A DNA stretch of 64,000 bases from a candidate division WOR-3 bacterium (GCA_965649295.1 CBFGKH010000009.1:32001-96000), one strand, 5' to 3'. Positions 1 to 9,863 are shown, counted from the stretch's first letter. Notes: generated by a model not told the origin, from the letters alone. A program made the numbers and translations.

Positions 1-225
1 CCCAAAACCGCGACTAACCTTGCGGACGGTAAATGTTCGGTTCTGGCCGCTACCCCGTATACTAATCACCGTCCCCTGAAAGGCTTGAAGTCGTTCCTTG
101 TCGCCTTCCTTGATGCGTATCTGGACGTTGACGACATCGCCGGGACTGAGATCAGGAATTACCTGAGTCTGTTGACCTGAGGGTAATGATTTTGATTCGC
201 TAGTTTTTGCAGCTACTTTCGCCAT
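1..225 (-). CDS. rplS: 50S ribosomal protein L19, partial (runs off the window start)
   Basis: Hand translation: MAKVAAKTSE...IPDLSPGDVVNVQIRIKEGDKERLQAFQGTVISIRGSGQNRTFTVRKVSRGFG; SD AAGGAG upstream; follows trmD. Not in the ORF track. Confidence 0.95.
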   Translation of the reverse strand, partial: MAKVAAKTSESKSLPSGQQTQVIPDLSPGDVVNVQIRIKEGDKERLQAFQGTVISIRGSGQNRTFTVRKVSRGFG

Positions 226-979
226 TTTTTGGCTCCTTTGATGAAATGCATCGAAAACTCATGATTCTTTCGCAGAGGCAGTTTCTTTCAGTCTCATTCA
301 AGACTTCGTGTTGGAGAAGGTCGGGACGAAACCGTGCTGTGCTAATCAGCGACTCGCATCGTCGCCATGCTAGCACGGCGCCATGGTCACCATTGAGAAG
401 AACCTTAGGTACGGCGTGTCCATCAAAGTTGGCAGGACGAGTGTAGTAAGGCGCATCGAGTATTCCAGTCGCAAAGGAGTCGGTGGTGACCGAATCCACA
501 TTGCCAACTGCGTCAGGTAGCAGCCGAGCGGTAGATTCGACCACGGCGACTGCAGCAGCTTCACCCCCAGCAAGGACAAAATCACCTAGGGAAAGTTCTT
601 CGTCGCAGTACATGGTTACTCGTTCATCGATTCCTTTGTATCGGCCGCAGACGAGCACGAGATGCCTCAGGCCAGCGTAGCGTTCGGCGTCTTGTTGAGT
701 GAACCGCCGCCCGCGTGGTGTTAGCAGGACTGTCCGCGAATCCGGCCGACGAACTGATTGGATGGCTGCGACGATTGGGCCGGGTTTTAGCACCATACCG
801 GCGCCGCCACCGAACGGATAGTCGTCCACTGTTCGGTGGCGGTCGCCTGCAAAGTCTCGCGGATTGACGTATGTGATAGCTAACTGTCCAGTCGTTTGGG
901 CGACACGAGTTGGGCCACAGGCAAATGGGCCAGTGAAATACTCACGGAATACCGTGACCAACGTAACGGTCAATGCCAT
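200..979 (-). CDS. trmD: tRNA (guanine-N1)-methyltransferase
   Basis: Motifs VDDYPFGGGAGMVLK, CGRYKGIDER, SLGDFVLAGGE, YTRP; rpsP-trmD-rplS context. Confidence 0.97.
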   Translation of the reverse strand: MALTVTLVTVFREYFTGPFACGPTRVAQTTGQLAITYVNPRDFAGDRHRTVDDYPFGGGAGMVLKPGPIVAAIQSVRRPDSRTVLLTPRGRRFTQQDAERYAGLRHLVLVCGRYKGIDERVTMYCDEELSLGDFVLAGGEAAAVAVVESTARLLPDAVGNVDSVTTDSFATGILDAPYYTRPANFDGHAVPKVLLNGDHGAVLAWRRCESLISTARFRPDLLQHEVLNETERNCLCERIMSFRCISSKEPKNGESSCKN

Positions 980-1025
980 CCTGACTGGAGCTATCGGTAA
1001 CTTTGCTAATCAGCAGGTCGGCAGA

Positions 1026-1262
1026 CTAGCGGCCATCCAAAATCTCGAACTCCGCTCGTTTCCCGAGTTTCTTCGCGGCCGCATCGACAATGGCACGGAT
1101 GGCTTTTGCCGTGCGGCCATCTTTGCCAATGACTTTACCCTGGTCGCCTTCGGCAACGGACACTTCGTACATCACGTGTCTTTCGCCAGCAAGCTCGTTG
1201 ACCTTCACCTGATCAGGATGGTCGACGAGAGCTCGAACTATGTACTCGATCATCTCTTTCAC
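1026..1262 (-). CDS. khpA: KH-domain RNA-binding protein (KhpA/UPF0109 family)
   Basis: 78 aa; GKVIGKDGRTAKAIR GxxG loop; directly after rpsP. Confidence 0.92.
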   Translation of the reverse strand: MKEMIEYIVRALVDHPDQVKVNELAGERHVMYEVSVAEGDQGKVIGKDGRTAKAIRAIVDAAAKKLGKRAEFEILDGR

Positions 1263-1294
1263 GGTTTGCTCCTTTCCTGCCTAACCGGTAGGCG

Positions 1295-1624
1295 TCAATT
1301 CGCTGTCTCAGGCGTGACTACGGGTTCCGCGGTCGACGTCTGCGCCATCGTTGTTGTTACCGTTGCCTCTTCACCCGTGATATTGCCCGGGTGCTGGCGC
1401 TCATAGCGCTTGATCAGTCGAGCAACGGTTCCAGAAGGCTGGGCGCCGTGGCCAAGCCAGAAGTGAACGCGAGCAGTGTTGATGTTCAGCAGTTTCATTT
1501 TCGGATCGTAGCTGCCCACGGATTCGATGTACTCACCGTCCCGTGCTTTGCGTGAGTCGATCACGACGACACGGTAGGTTGGCCGGTTCCGCAAGCCCAT
1601 TCTGCGTAGTCGAATTCGTAGCAA
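1295..1624 (-). CDS. rpsP: 30S ribosomal protein S16 with Thr-rich C-terminal extension
   Basis: MLRIRLRRMG...YRVVVIDSR..RDG..IE.VG.YDP; WLGHGAQPS; TTG start with SD AAGGAG. Confidence 0.97.
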   Translation of the reverse strand: MLRIRLRRMGLRNRPTYRVVVIDSRKARDGEYIESVGSYDPKMKLLNINTARVHFWLGHGAQPSGTVARLIKRYERQHPGNITGEEATVTTTMAQTSTAEPVVTPETAN

Positions 1625-1651
1625 AGTGTGCTCCTTATATTAGAATGGTTG

Positions 1652-1679
1652 AAGATACTCAAACCGCTGCAACTGTCAA
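1652..1679 (-). promoter_or_regulatory. sigma70-type promoter for the rpsP operon
   Basis: TTGACA-N16-TATCTT on the minus strand. Confidence 0.65.
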
Positions 1680-1691
1680 CATATGCGCTCC

Positions 1692-1719
1692 TTGACCCAA
1701 GGTTCGGCGTCGCTAGCAT
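1692..1719 (+). promoter_or_regulatory. sigma70-type promoter, probably leaderless transcript
   Basis: TTGACC-N16-TAGCAT; ATG 6 nt after the -10; no SD. Confidence 0.65.
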
Positions 1720-1725
1720 CTGTCG

Positions 1726-3456
1726 ATGTTCGATGTGACCCTGTTGGTTGCCGGTCAGGCAGGCCAAGGAGTGGATACATCATCAGAACTACTGGCGCGC
1801 GCACTTTATCGGGTCGGCTACAACGTTTTTGCTTACCCTAATGTGATGTCTCGGATTCGGGGGGGCCACAACTACACATCGATTCGGGTGTCTGACCAGC
1901 CAGTTGCGTGTTGTGTCGCCCGGCATAATCTCCTGCTAGCGCTAGACGAGAGTTCATCCGATATCCATGCTACTGAGCTTGTTGATGGTGGTGTGGCGAT
2001 TCTTGATGGCGATGAAGCCAGGGAAGGTGACGAACGAAATAGAGTTTTACGGATACCCCTCACGAGAATTGCAGAGAGAGTCGGTGCCGATCTGACGATG
2101 CGCAATGTTGTTGGGCTAGGAGCTATGCTCGCTTTGGTTGGTCAGCCGCTCGATGCTATGTTTGATCTTATGCAAGAGCGATTCGGTGCGAAGGGTGAGC
2201 GAGTTGTGAGGTTGAATCGCGAGTGTTTGCGGGCAGGGGCAGATTACGCTGTCAGAAAGCTACGAGGAGGCTGTCTATGTGCAATTCCGGCTCTGAGTCG
2301 ACAACAAACAGGCAGACTGCTTACTGGTAGTCAGGCAGTTGCGTTGGGTGGGTTGGCTGCTGATGTGCGGTTCTACGCCGGCTATCCGATGTCACCGGCT
2401 ACGCCAATAATGGAGTTCCTGGCGCTGCAACAGGACCAGTTTCCGCTGGTAGTTGAGCAGGCCGAGGATGAGCTTGGCGCACTCAACATGGTTCTTGGGG
2501 CATCTTATGCTGGTGTACGAGCGATGACTGCAACCTCTGGTGGAGGTTTTTCACTGATGGTCGAAGCGCTGGGATTGTCGGGCATGACAGAGCTACCTTG
2601 CGTTGTTGTTATCGCACAACGGCCTGGGCCGGGAACGGGGTTGCCGACCAGGACCGAGCAAGGTGAACTGCTCTTTGCCATAAATGCGTCTCAGGATGAG
2701 TTTCCGCGTTTCGTGCTGGCTCCCGGCACTGCCGGTGAGGCGTTCAACCTGACACAGCGAGCTTTCGATTTGGCCTATCACTTTCATGTCCCGGCTATTA
2801 TTCTAATCGACCAGTACCTTGCTGATTCGCTTTGGACTGTTCCGTCTCTTCAATTGCACACCTCTGGCAGCATCGGCGATTTTGCAGAGAAGGACTGGGA
2901 GGGCAGAGCCCCAAACACTTTTTGCACCTATCTGGTTACCGATGATGGTATTTCACCTCGTGTGAGGCCCGGGATACTACCTCAGGCGGTTCATTGTATT
3001 GGTTCAGAACATACTGAAGAAGGGTATCCGACTGAGGATGCCAAGATTCGTATTGCGATGCAACGGAAGCGAATGGCCAAGTTGCGAGCGATGTCTACGG
3101 CGACCGGTAGTCTGGGAGGAGCGGTTGCCAGTGGGCAAGACAGTGATTTGGTCGTTGTTTGTTGGGGATCGACATTCGGGGTGGTCAACGAGGCAGTTGA
3201 CCGGTTGCGAACGGAGCATTATTCAGTCGGCTCGCTACATCTCTCGGCGCTCGCGCCCTTTCCGCGTGCGCAGGTCTTGGCTCGACTCAGTCAGGCGCGT
3301 TGCGTTGTTACGGTTGAGGTAAATTCGACGGGACAACTGGGCAGATTACTCCGTCGAGAGACGCTGATTCAACCAACCGCCGAAGTGCTAAAGTACGATG
3401 GCCGACCATTCACTGTTGATGAATTGGTAGAGGAGCTGCGTCCCTTTTGTGCTTGA
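1726..3456 (+). CDS. 2-oxoacid:ferredoxin oxidoreductase alpha subunit (copy 1)
   Basis: AGQAGQG, SRIRGGH, YPMSP, EQAEDE, ATSGGGFSLM, QRPGPGTGLPTRTEQ. Confidence 0.93.
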   Translation: MFDVTLLVAGQAGQGVDTSSELLARALYRVGYNVFAYPNVMSRIRGGHNYTSIRVSDQPVACCVARHNLLLALDESSSDIHATELVDGGVAILDGDEAREGDERNRVLRIPLTRIAERVGADLTMRNVVGLGAMLALVGQPLDAMFDLMQERFGAKGERVVRLNRECLRAGADYAVRKLRGGCLCAIPALSRQQTGRLLTGSQAVALGGLAADVRFYAGYPMSPATPIMEFLALQQDQFPLVVEQAEDELGALNMVLGASYAGVRAMTATSGGGFSLMVEALGLSGMTELPCVVVIAQRPGPGTGLPTRTEQGELLFAINASQDEFPRFVLAPGTAGEAFNLTQRAFDLAYHFHVPAIILIDQYLADSLWTVPSLQLHTSGSIGDFAEKDWEGRAPNTFCTYLVTDDGISPRVRPGILPQAVHCIGSEHTEEGYPTEDAKIRIAMQRKRMAKLRAMSTATGSLGGAVASGQDSDLVVVCWGSTFGVVNEAVDRLRTEHYSVGSLHLSALAPFPRAQVLARLSQARCVVTVEVNSTGQLGRLLRRETLIQPTAEVLKYDGRPFTVDELVEELRPFCA

Positions 3457-3465
3457 GGTCAGCTT

Positions 3466-4344
3466 GTGACCACGATTGTTGATTGGACGGGAGCCACCGA
3501 GGAGACCTGGTGTCCGGGTTGCGGTAACCGCGGGATACTACAGGCGCTGCGAGAGGCTTTGGTTGCATCAGGGCTGGAGCCAAGAGAGGTTGTGATTGTG
3601 GCTGGGATTGGACAGGCGGGAAAACTCGCCCATTACGTCGGTTGCAACTTCTTGCACGGTTTGCACGGGCGAACTCTGGTTCATGCGCTTGGTGTCAGAC
3701 TTGCTAACCATTCGCTCAAGGTTATTGCTGTGGGTGGCGACGGTGATATTTACGGTGAAGGTGGTAGTCATCTGTTGATGATGTTTCGCAGAAACGTGTC
3801 AATGGTCTGTCTCGTCCACAACAACGGAGTCTATGGCTTGACCAAGGGACAGCCATCGCCGACGAGTGGTTTCGGATTCGTGACGCGTGCCCGACCCGAA
3901 GGTACGGCTATGCCGCCGTTCAACCCGTTGGCAGCTGGTCTTGCTATGAACGGCACCTTCCTCGCCCGAGGATTTGCAGGCGATGTTGCTCATTTAGCTC
4001 GACTGATTCTGGAAGCTATTCGTCATCCGGGCTTCGGTTTTGTTGATGTATTGCAGCCTTGTATCACCTACAACAAGGTTAATACGTATCAGTGGTACCA
4101 GCGGCGAATACGCGATGTTGCCCTTGACAACCATAACCCAGCAGACCGCGAGGCGGCGCGGCGGGTCGTTTCGCAGTGGCCGCGTACCGATACGCGTGAA
4201 CCTGAACAAATACCGGTTGGTCTGATCTATCGTGCTTCGCGGCCAGTCTACGAGGAATCGTTCCCGGCATTACGCCAACAGCCACTTGTTTTCTCCCGCT
4301 ACGATGCCGCGCGGGTCCAACGGTTGATTGACAGCATGCACTGA
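3466..4344 (+). CDS. 2-oxoacid:ferredoxin oxidoreductase beta subunit, TPP-binding (copy 1)
   Basis: WCPGCGN, LHGR, GGDGD...NN..YGLTKGQ.SPT, QPCITYN. Confidence 0.93.
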   Translation: MTTIVDWTGATEETWCPGCGNRGILQALREALVASGLEPREVVIVAGIGQAGKLAHYVGCNFLHGLHGRTLVHALGVRLANHSLKVIAVGGDGDIYGEGGSHLLMMFRRNVSMVCLVHNNGVYGLTKGQPSPTSGFGFVTRARPEGTAMPPFNPLAAGLAMNGTFLARGFAGDVAHLARLILEAIRHPGFGFVDVLQPCITYNKVNTYQWYQRRIRDVALDNHNPADREAARRVVSQWPRTDTREPEQIPVGLIYRASRPVYEESFPALRQQPLVFSRYDAARVQRLIDSMH

Positions 4345-6071
4345 TGCCAGTTGATATAGCAATTTCGATTGTCGGTTCAGCCGGACAGGGTGTTCAATTC
4401 CTGGCGCGAGCGTTGGCACAGGCGTTTGTTCGTAGTGGATACTATGCCTTCTGCTCGCATGACGTAATGTCCCGCATACGCGGTGGCCAGAATTGTTCGC
4501 GGCTGCGGGTTGCCGATCGGGTCGTTGCCGCGGACGGAGACTCGTCTGATCTACTAGTGGTATTAGAGCCGCATTATCTTGCTGCGTGGTCTGGCGAGCT
4601 ACGGTCCGACGGCTGGGTAGTTATTGATGGTGGCGCGAGTCAAGGTGAGCATGTGGTGACTGTTCCGCTGCTCGATATGGCACTAAAGAGCGGTGGGAGC
4701 AAGCAGGCGATCAACATTGTTGCCGCCGGCGCCGTTTGGGCAGTTCTTGGCTGCGAGTTATCCTTGCTGGTTGGCGTCTTGAGGGATATGTTTGGGTCGC
4801 GCGGAGAGACAGCGGTTACGGCGAACACCGCGGCTGCAGTCGAAGGCTACAACCACGCGGCTCGGATTGCTGGCGCAACTTTACCGGTTCGCCTACCGCG
4901 ACTGACTGCAAGTGAACCGCGAGCGCTTATCGCTGGTTCCGAGGCTATCGCTCTTGGCGCGTTGGCTGCTGGCGTGGAACTGGTTGCTGGCTATCCGATG
5001 TCACCCGGTACGCCAATCCTTGAGTATTGTGCTCGACATGGTGGTAAAATTGGGACGATCGTTGAACAGACTGAGGATGAAGTGGCGGCTGCGAACATGG
5101 CCATCGGTGCGTTCTTTGCCGGTAAACGAGCGATGGTGGCGACTGCGGGTGGTGGTTTCGCTCTGATGAACGAGGCGCTCAGCCTAGCGGGTATTACTGA
5201 GACACCGGTAGTCTTCTGTGTCGGTATGAGGCCAGGACCGGCTACCGGTATGGCCACCCGTACTGCCCAAGCAGACCTGCTCTGGGTGATTCACGCCGGG
5301 CACGGCGAATTTCCGCGGGCGGTGCTGACGCCAGCCGACGCGCTGGGCGCTTTTCGTGGGATCCAGCAGGCTTGCTATCTGGCTGAGCGTTTTCAAATCC
5401 CGGTGATATTGCTCTATGACCAGTTTCTCGGCGATGCTCTGTGGACAGTTCCCGCTGGCGAATTGAGCTACCGAGTGCCCCGGTTGCCAGCCGACCCGGT
5501 ACCAGCCGCTCGCTACGCCTACCGTCGCTATGCCTTGACTCCGAGCGGGGTGTCACCGCGACTGCTGCCGGGTGTGGCTGGTCAGCTTGTCTATGTAGAC
5601 TCCGATGAACACACCGAGGGAGGACATATCACTGAGTCGGCAGAGGTTCGTGTCGAACAGGTTCGGAAGCGTGCGAGGAAACTTCTCGGTGTTGCTGCAC
5701 AGACGATTCCTCCGACCGAGTGGCCACCGAACAACACTGCAGAAACAATGGTGCTCTGTTTTGGTCCGACCCGTGGTATTGTTCACGAGGCAGTCAGCCG
5801 TCTTCGCGACAAAGGTCAGAACATCGGCATGCTTCATTTCGAACAGGTCTGGCCGTTTCCGGTCGAATCGGTCAAGCGAGTGGCAGGGCGCGTCAGGCGT
5901 TTGGTGACTGTTGAGGGTAATGCAACTGCTCAGCTCGGCCAACTGGTAGCGCAGGAGTGTTGTCTCGCCACCACTGGCAGCGTACTGAGATTCGACGGCC
6001 GGCAACTCCGGGTAGGGCAGGTGGAGCAAGCCTTGACCGATTTACTGGTTGGTGGTAATGAAGCCAATTGA
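4344..6071 (+). CDS. 2-oxoacid:ferredoxin oxidoreductase alpha subunit (copy 2)
   Basis: GSAGQG, SRIRGG, YPMSP, EQTEDE, RPGPATGMATRTAQ, DSDEHTEGGH. Confidence 0.93.
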   Translation: MPVDIAISIVGSAGQGVQFLARALAQAFVRSGYYAFCSHDVMSRIRGGQNCSRLRVADRVVAADGDSSDLLVVLEPHYLAAWSGELRSDGWVVIDGGASQGEHVVTVPLLDMALKSGGSKQAINIVAAGAVWAVLGCELSLLVGVLRDMFGSRGETAVTANTAAAVEGYNHAARIAGATLPVRLPRLTASEPRALIAGSEAIALGALAAGVELVAGYPMSPGTPILEYCARHGGKIGTIVEQTEDEVAAANMAIGAFFAGKRAMVATAGGGFALMNEALSLAGITETPVVFCVGMRPGPATGMATRTAQADLLWVIHAGHGEFPRAVLTPADALGAFRGIQQACYLAERFQIPVILLYDQFLGDALWTVPAGELSYRVPRLPADPVPAARYAYRRYALTPSGVSPRLLPGVAGQLVYVDSDEHTEGGHITESAEVRVEQVRKRARKLLGVAAQTIPPTEWPPNNTAETMVLCFGPTRGIVHEAVSRLRDKGQNIGMLHFEQVWPFPVESVKRVAGRVRRLVTVEGNATAQLGQLVAQECCLATTGSVLRFDGRQLRVGQVEQALTDLLVGGNEAN

Positions 6072-6906
6072 GTGGCAGAGTGACGATCCAGTGGCCTGGT
6101 GCCCGGGTTGTGGTAACTTCGGCATCCGGGAAGCGGTCAAGATGGCACTGAGTGACATGCAACTGCTGCCCGAGCAGGTTTGTTTTGTATCCGGCATCGG
6201 GCAGGCTGCCAAGGCGCCGCACTACCTACGTTGCAACCTGTTCAACGGTTTGCACGGCCGAACACTGCCGGTGGCTATCGGTGTAAAGCTCGCTAATCCT
6301 GCCCTGACTGTTATCGCTGAGGGTGGTGACGGAGATGGTTATGCTGAGGGCGGTAACCATTTTCTGCACGCTCTGCGCCGCAACATGGACATCACCTATC
6401 TTGTCCACGACAATCAGGTCTATGGCTTGACAAAGGGCCAGGCATCTCCTACGAGTGAACCAGGGATGGTGACGAAGACGACGCCTTTCGGTGTGAGTGA
6501 GCCTGCTTACAACCCTTTGGCACTGGCTGTCATGCTTGACACAGGTTTTGTGGCGCGGGGGTTCTCCGGGATGCCGGAGCATCTTGCCATGCTTATAAGA
6601 CAAGCGATTAGCTGGCCCGGGTTCGCGGTCGTGGACATACTTCAGCCTTGCGTTAGTTTCAACCATGTCAACACCAGCACGTGGTATCGTCAGCATGTCT
6701 ATGACCTGACGACCGTCGCTGACTATGACCCGACTGATCCAGAAATGGCATTTGCCAAGACTCAGGAATGGGGGGAGCGGATTCCCATCGGAGTGATCTA
6801 TCGGTCACGTCGTCCTAGTTACGACCGGCTGGTGGCCGAGCGAGGGGTGAGTCCAACTGCGACGAGAGAAGCGGCCATCAAGGCTCTCATCGAACAACTG
6901 ATGTAG
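6058..6906 (+). CDS. 2-oxoacid:ferredoxin oxidoreductase beta subunit (copy 2)
   Basis: WCPGCGNF, LHGR, GGDGDG, YGLTKGQASPT; ATG at 6058 preferred over TTG at 6049. Confidence 0.93.
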   Translation: MKPIEWQSDDPVAWCPGCGNFGIREAVKMALSDMQLLPEQVCFVSGIGQAAKAPHYLRCNLFNGLHGRTLPVAIGVKLANPALTVIAEGGDGDGYAEGGNHFLHALRRNMDITYLVHDNQVYGLTKGQASPTSEPGMVTKTTPFGVSEPAYNPLALAVMLDTGFVARGFSGMPEHLAMLIRQAISWPGFAVVDILQPCVSFNHVNTSTWYRQHVYDLTTVADYDPTDPEMAFAKTQEWGERIPIGVIYRSRRPSYDRLVAERGVSPTATREAAIKALIEQLM

Positions 6907-6917
6907 CCGGGTTCGAG

Positions 6918-7868
6918 CTACTCTCTGGAACCGGAGCGAGGATGTGCTTTGCGATAGGTGGCTCTCAGTCGCTCGAGCGTCACATGCGAGTAGATTTGAG
7001 TTGTGGCAAGCGAGGAGTGACCGAGTAGTTCTTGAACCGCTCGCAAATCAGCACCGCGTTCGAGTAGATGTGTAGCGAAAGCATGACGGAGTGCGTGAGG
7101 ATTGGTTGCAGCGGTGCCGTTGACGGCAGACAGAGCACGGCGGACTATTTGCTGAACCGACCGAGTTGACAGTCGGCCACCGTGGGCGTTCAAGAATACC
7201 GGTTGTTGACCTGATTGGCCGGTGGCGGTAAGGTAGCGTTCGAGTGCGTGGCGTTCGGCGCTACCGAGGGGGATGATTCTTGTCTTGCCGCCCTTGCCGC
7301 GTACTTTGATAACTTCGGCGGCGAAGTCGATATCGGCAACGTTGAGCCCGACAAGTTCCGCGACTCTGATCCCTGAACCGTAGAGCGTCTCAAGAATGGC
7401 GGCCTTTCGAAGCGAGCGCAGGTCATCGCCAGTCACCTTGATGGCGGAGTGGAGTTGTTGTTGCGATAACACTACCGGTAGACGTCGTTCTGGTCGTGGT
7501 CGCTTGACTGCGGTCGCCGGGTTGAACTTCAGTTGGTCAGTGCTGACAAGATAACGCAAGAACGACCGGACAGCAGAGAGCTTGCGGCCGGCCGAACGTT
7601 TGTCGTAGCCACCGCGTAGCATGCGGCCAATGAACTCGCGGATGTGCTCGTGAGTGATCGTTGATAACGGTGGGAGGTTGAGTTCATCTGCGCAATAGTC
7701 AAGGAATTGCTGGATATCGGTTCGATAGGCTCGGATTGTGTGTTGCGAGTAGCGGCGTTCCCGGGTGAGATGTGCGAGAAAATCAACTAACGCCCCAGCG
7801 TACGGCTTCGGCGGTGAGTCAATCAGTGGTTCGGCCAGGGCCCGAGTAGTCGTTCTACTACTGCCCAC
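6918..7868 (-). CDS. xerC: Tyrosine recombinase XerC
   Basis: Catalytic residues: SGIRVAEL, GKGGK, HALRHAFATH, LLGHSSLATTQIY; C-terminal AHPR; exact start uncertain. Confidence 0.88.
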   Translation of the reverse strand: MGSSRTTTRALAEPLIDSPPKPYAGALVDFLAHLTRERRYSQHTIRAYRTDIQQFLDYCADELNLPPLSTITHEHIREFIGRMLRGGYDKRSAGRKLSAVRSFLRYLVSTDQLKFNPATAVKRPRPERRLPVVLSQQQLHSAIKVTGDDLRSLRKAAILETLYGSGIRVAELVGLNVADIDFAAEVIKVRGKGGKTRIIPLGSAERHALERYLTATGQSGQQPVFLNAHGGRLSTRSVQQIVRRALSAVNGTAATNPHALRHAFATHLLERGADLRAVQELLGHSSLATTQIYSHVTLERLRATYRKAHPRSGSRE

Positions 7869-8181
7869 AAACTGGGCAACGTGACTGACAGTTAGGCGGA
7901 GGCGCTGGATGCGTGCCGTCTTCCAGTGTGTTGGAACTCACATATCGGTGATAGAGCCGGCACTGAGTAGAGTAAGTTTCTTCCGGAGTCAGACACGTCT
8001 CGTACCAGAACGACCGATAAGCGTCTGCTGCCGCACGGAGTTCTTCGCGCATGTCCTGTTCGGCCCGACAGACTTTGACGATAGGTCCGTTCGGAACCTT
8101 AGCGAGGCAATAAACTCCGCGGACGCGACAGGGAACCCTCATGTCGACCATGATTGGAGAGAGCAGATACGGTCCACGCAT
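7858..8181 (-). CDS. Small hypothetical protein, degenerate GIY-YIG-like with C-terminal CPxC
   Basis: GVYCL...VCRAEQDMREEL...CRLYH...HPAPP...CPVCGQ; ATG 8181 has SD GAGG and a TTGACA-N17-CACAAT promoter at 8202-8230. Confidence 0.6.
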   Translation of the reverse strand: MRGPYLLSPIMVDMRVPCRVRGVYCLAKVPNGPIVKVCRAEQDMREELRAAADAYRSFWYETCLTPEETYSTQCRLYHRYVSSNTLEDGTHPAPPPNCQSRCPVCGQ

Positions 8182-8925
8182 AGATGTAACCTCAGCGACT
8201 AATTGTGATACCGGCAACGGCAGCTGTCAATAGTTGTCGTCGCCGAAGACTGAACGGTGCGGCTCAGACAGACAATAGAGTCGCCGGCTATCGTGACCAA
8301 AGACAGCTTCGATTTCGACGCTCACTACTCTGCGCTGTCGGTAATTGGTCATAGGACGTAGGACTCCCGGCAGGTCCTTAGCTGAGAAACTGTAACAGGA
8401 ACGCCCGGACCCGGCACTAGACCAGTATGGAGACGAGGGGCTGAGCTTTCAGGACGACATGCTTCCTGACAGCAGTTGCAGCGCAGTCTGCGATAGCAAC
8501 AGACGGAGATGGACAGGAACATCTGGATGCGTAATGGGGGTCATTGATCGTGACTGCAACAAGGGCGCGACCCTGGACATACATCTAAGGGATTGGTGAG
8601 ACCAAGTGGGGAACTATCCCCGGGACGGTAGGGTGGATGTCAGGGAGAGTCTCGTATCAATTTGCTAGCGCACGAGTTAGGACTTCCAGACTACCTGCAC
8701 GTATCCCTGTCGCAGGACTTAATGACTAGTTGTTAGTCTGCTCAGGTATTAGTCAGAGCTAGTATAACTATGAGATGACGTACGACCGCGTGACCGGTCA
8801 GAATGGTGTTTTGCCCAGCTCTTGAGTTAGGAGATGGCGCAGACTCCGATTGCAGCGATCCTTTTTTGCGCTCTGCTCGGCGTGCAACAATTGGTCTCGG
8901 GCCGTCGAGATACGGTCGGGGATGC

Positions 8926-8954
8926 TTGTCAGTTGGCTGGTCAATCGCTAGCCT
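8926..8954 (+). promoter_or_regulatory. sigma70-type promoter, probably leaderless transcript
   Basis: TTGTCA-N17-TAGCCT; GTG start 6 nt downstream. Confidence 0.55.
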
Positions 8955-8960
8955 GTTAGC

Positions 8961-9842
8961 GTGAGAGAGATCAGAATTGGCACGAGTGGCTTCTCCTTTG
9001 CAGACTGGCTGGGTCCAGTTTATCCCCGGTCATTGCCGGCGGCGCGCATGCTCGAGTTCTATGAATCAAAGCTTGGCTTCGACTGCGTGGAGTTGAATTT
9101 CACTTTCTATACGATGCCCGTTGCCAAAACATTGGAGTCTATGGCTGAACGCACCAAGGCGAGTTTTCTCTTTGTGGTGCGCAGTCATCGGCTGATGACG
9201 CATGAAATCTGGGACGAGGGCTCGCGTTCACGGCTGCGTGACGTTACTGCTGACTTCACTCGATTTCGGCAAGGACTTGAGCCGCTGATTGAGCGGCGAC
9301 GATTGGCTTGCGTCTTGGTTCAGTTCCCAACGTTTTTTCATCGGTGCACCGCGAATACTGATTATCTCGTGCGGCTACCGTCGTTGTTGCCGGATACGGA
9401 CGTCGTTGTTGAGTTCCGCAACCGAAGCTGGCTGGTCGAAGAGACTTTCGAGTTACTGAAGAAAGAGGGGATCGGCTACTGCGTAGTTGACGAACCACAG
9501 CTTGGTCCGCTGCTGCCATTTGTGGTCAGGCGAACATCGGCAATCGCCTACTTCCGATTGCATGGTCGCAACCCGGCTTGGTTCAAGGCCGGGCGGTCCG
9601 AGCGTTACAACTACAGCTACACACCGGCAGAGCTAGGTGAGTTTGCTGCCGCGGTGCGTTCTGTCAGCGACGATGCCGATCGCACTCTTGTTTTCTTCAA
9701 CAACTGTCACGCGGGTGCTGCCGCTCGTAACGCGCTGATGATGAAACAGATGCTCGGGCTGGTATCCAGCCTGACGCCAGAACAGGCTCAAGTTGTTGCC
9801 GGAAATGACGTAGCAACCGGTCAGCAGCTTGACTTGAACTAG
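8961..9842 (+). CDS. DUF72 domain-containing protein
   Basis: IGTSGF..W.G..YP, VELNFTFY, VQFP, VEFRN, YFRLHGRN, FFNN. Confidence 0.92.
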   Translation: MREIRIGTSGFSFADWLGPVYPRSLPAARMLEFYESKLGFDCVELNFTFYTMPVAKTLESMAERTKASFLFVVRSHRLMTHEIWDEGSRSRLRDVTADFTRFRQGLEPLIERRRLACVLVQFPTFFHRCTANTDYLVRLPSLLPDTDVVVEFRNRSWLVEETFELLKKEGIGYCVVDEPQLGPLLPFVVRRTSAIAYFRLHGRNPAWFKAGRSERYNYSYTPAELGEFAAAVRSVSDDADRTLVFFNNCHAGAAARNALMMKQMLGLVSSLTPEQAQVVAGNDVATGQQLDLN

Positions 9843-9863
9843 CGGTTCAATATAGTCAGCGCG

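Noticed and set aside
6918..7868. Integrase of a prophage or island; adjacent dif site
   Set aside because: Sequence is XerC-like; no phage genes, att repeats or tRNA nearby; no dif-like 28-mer recognised
8231..8925. tRNA, tRNA-Sec, tmRNA, RNase P or SRP RNA
   Set aside because: Only fragmentary look-alikes (e.g. GATTTCGACG); no cloverleaf or hallmark motifs on either strand
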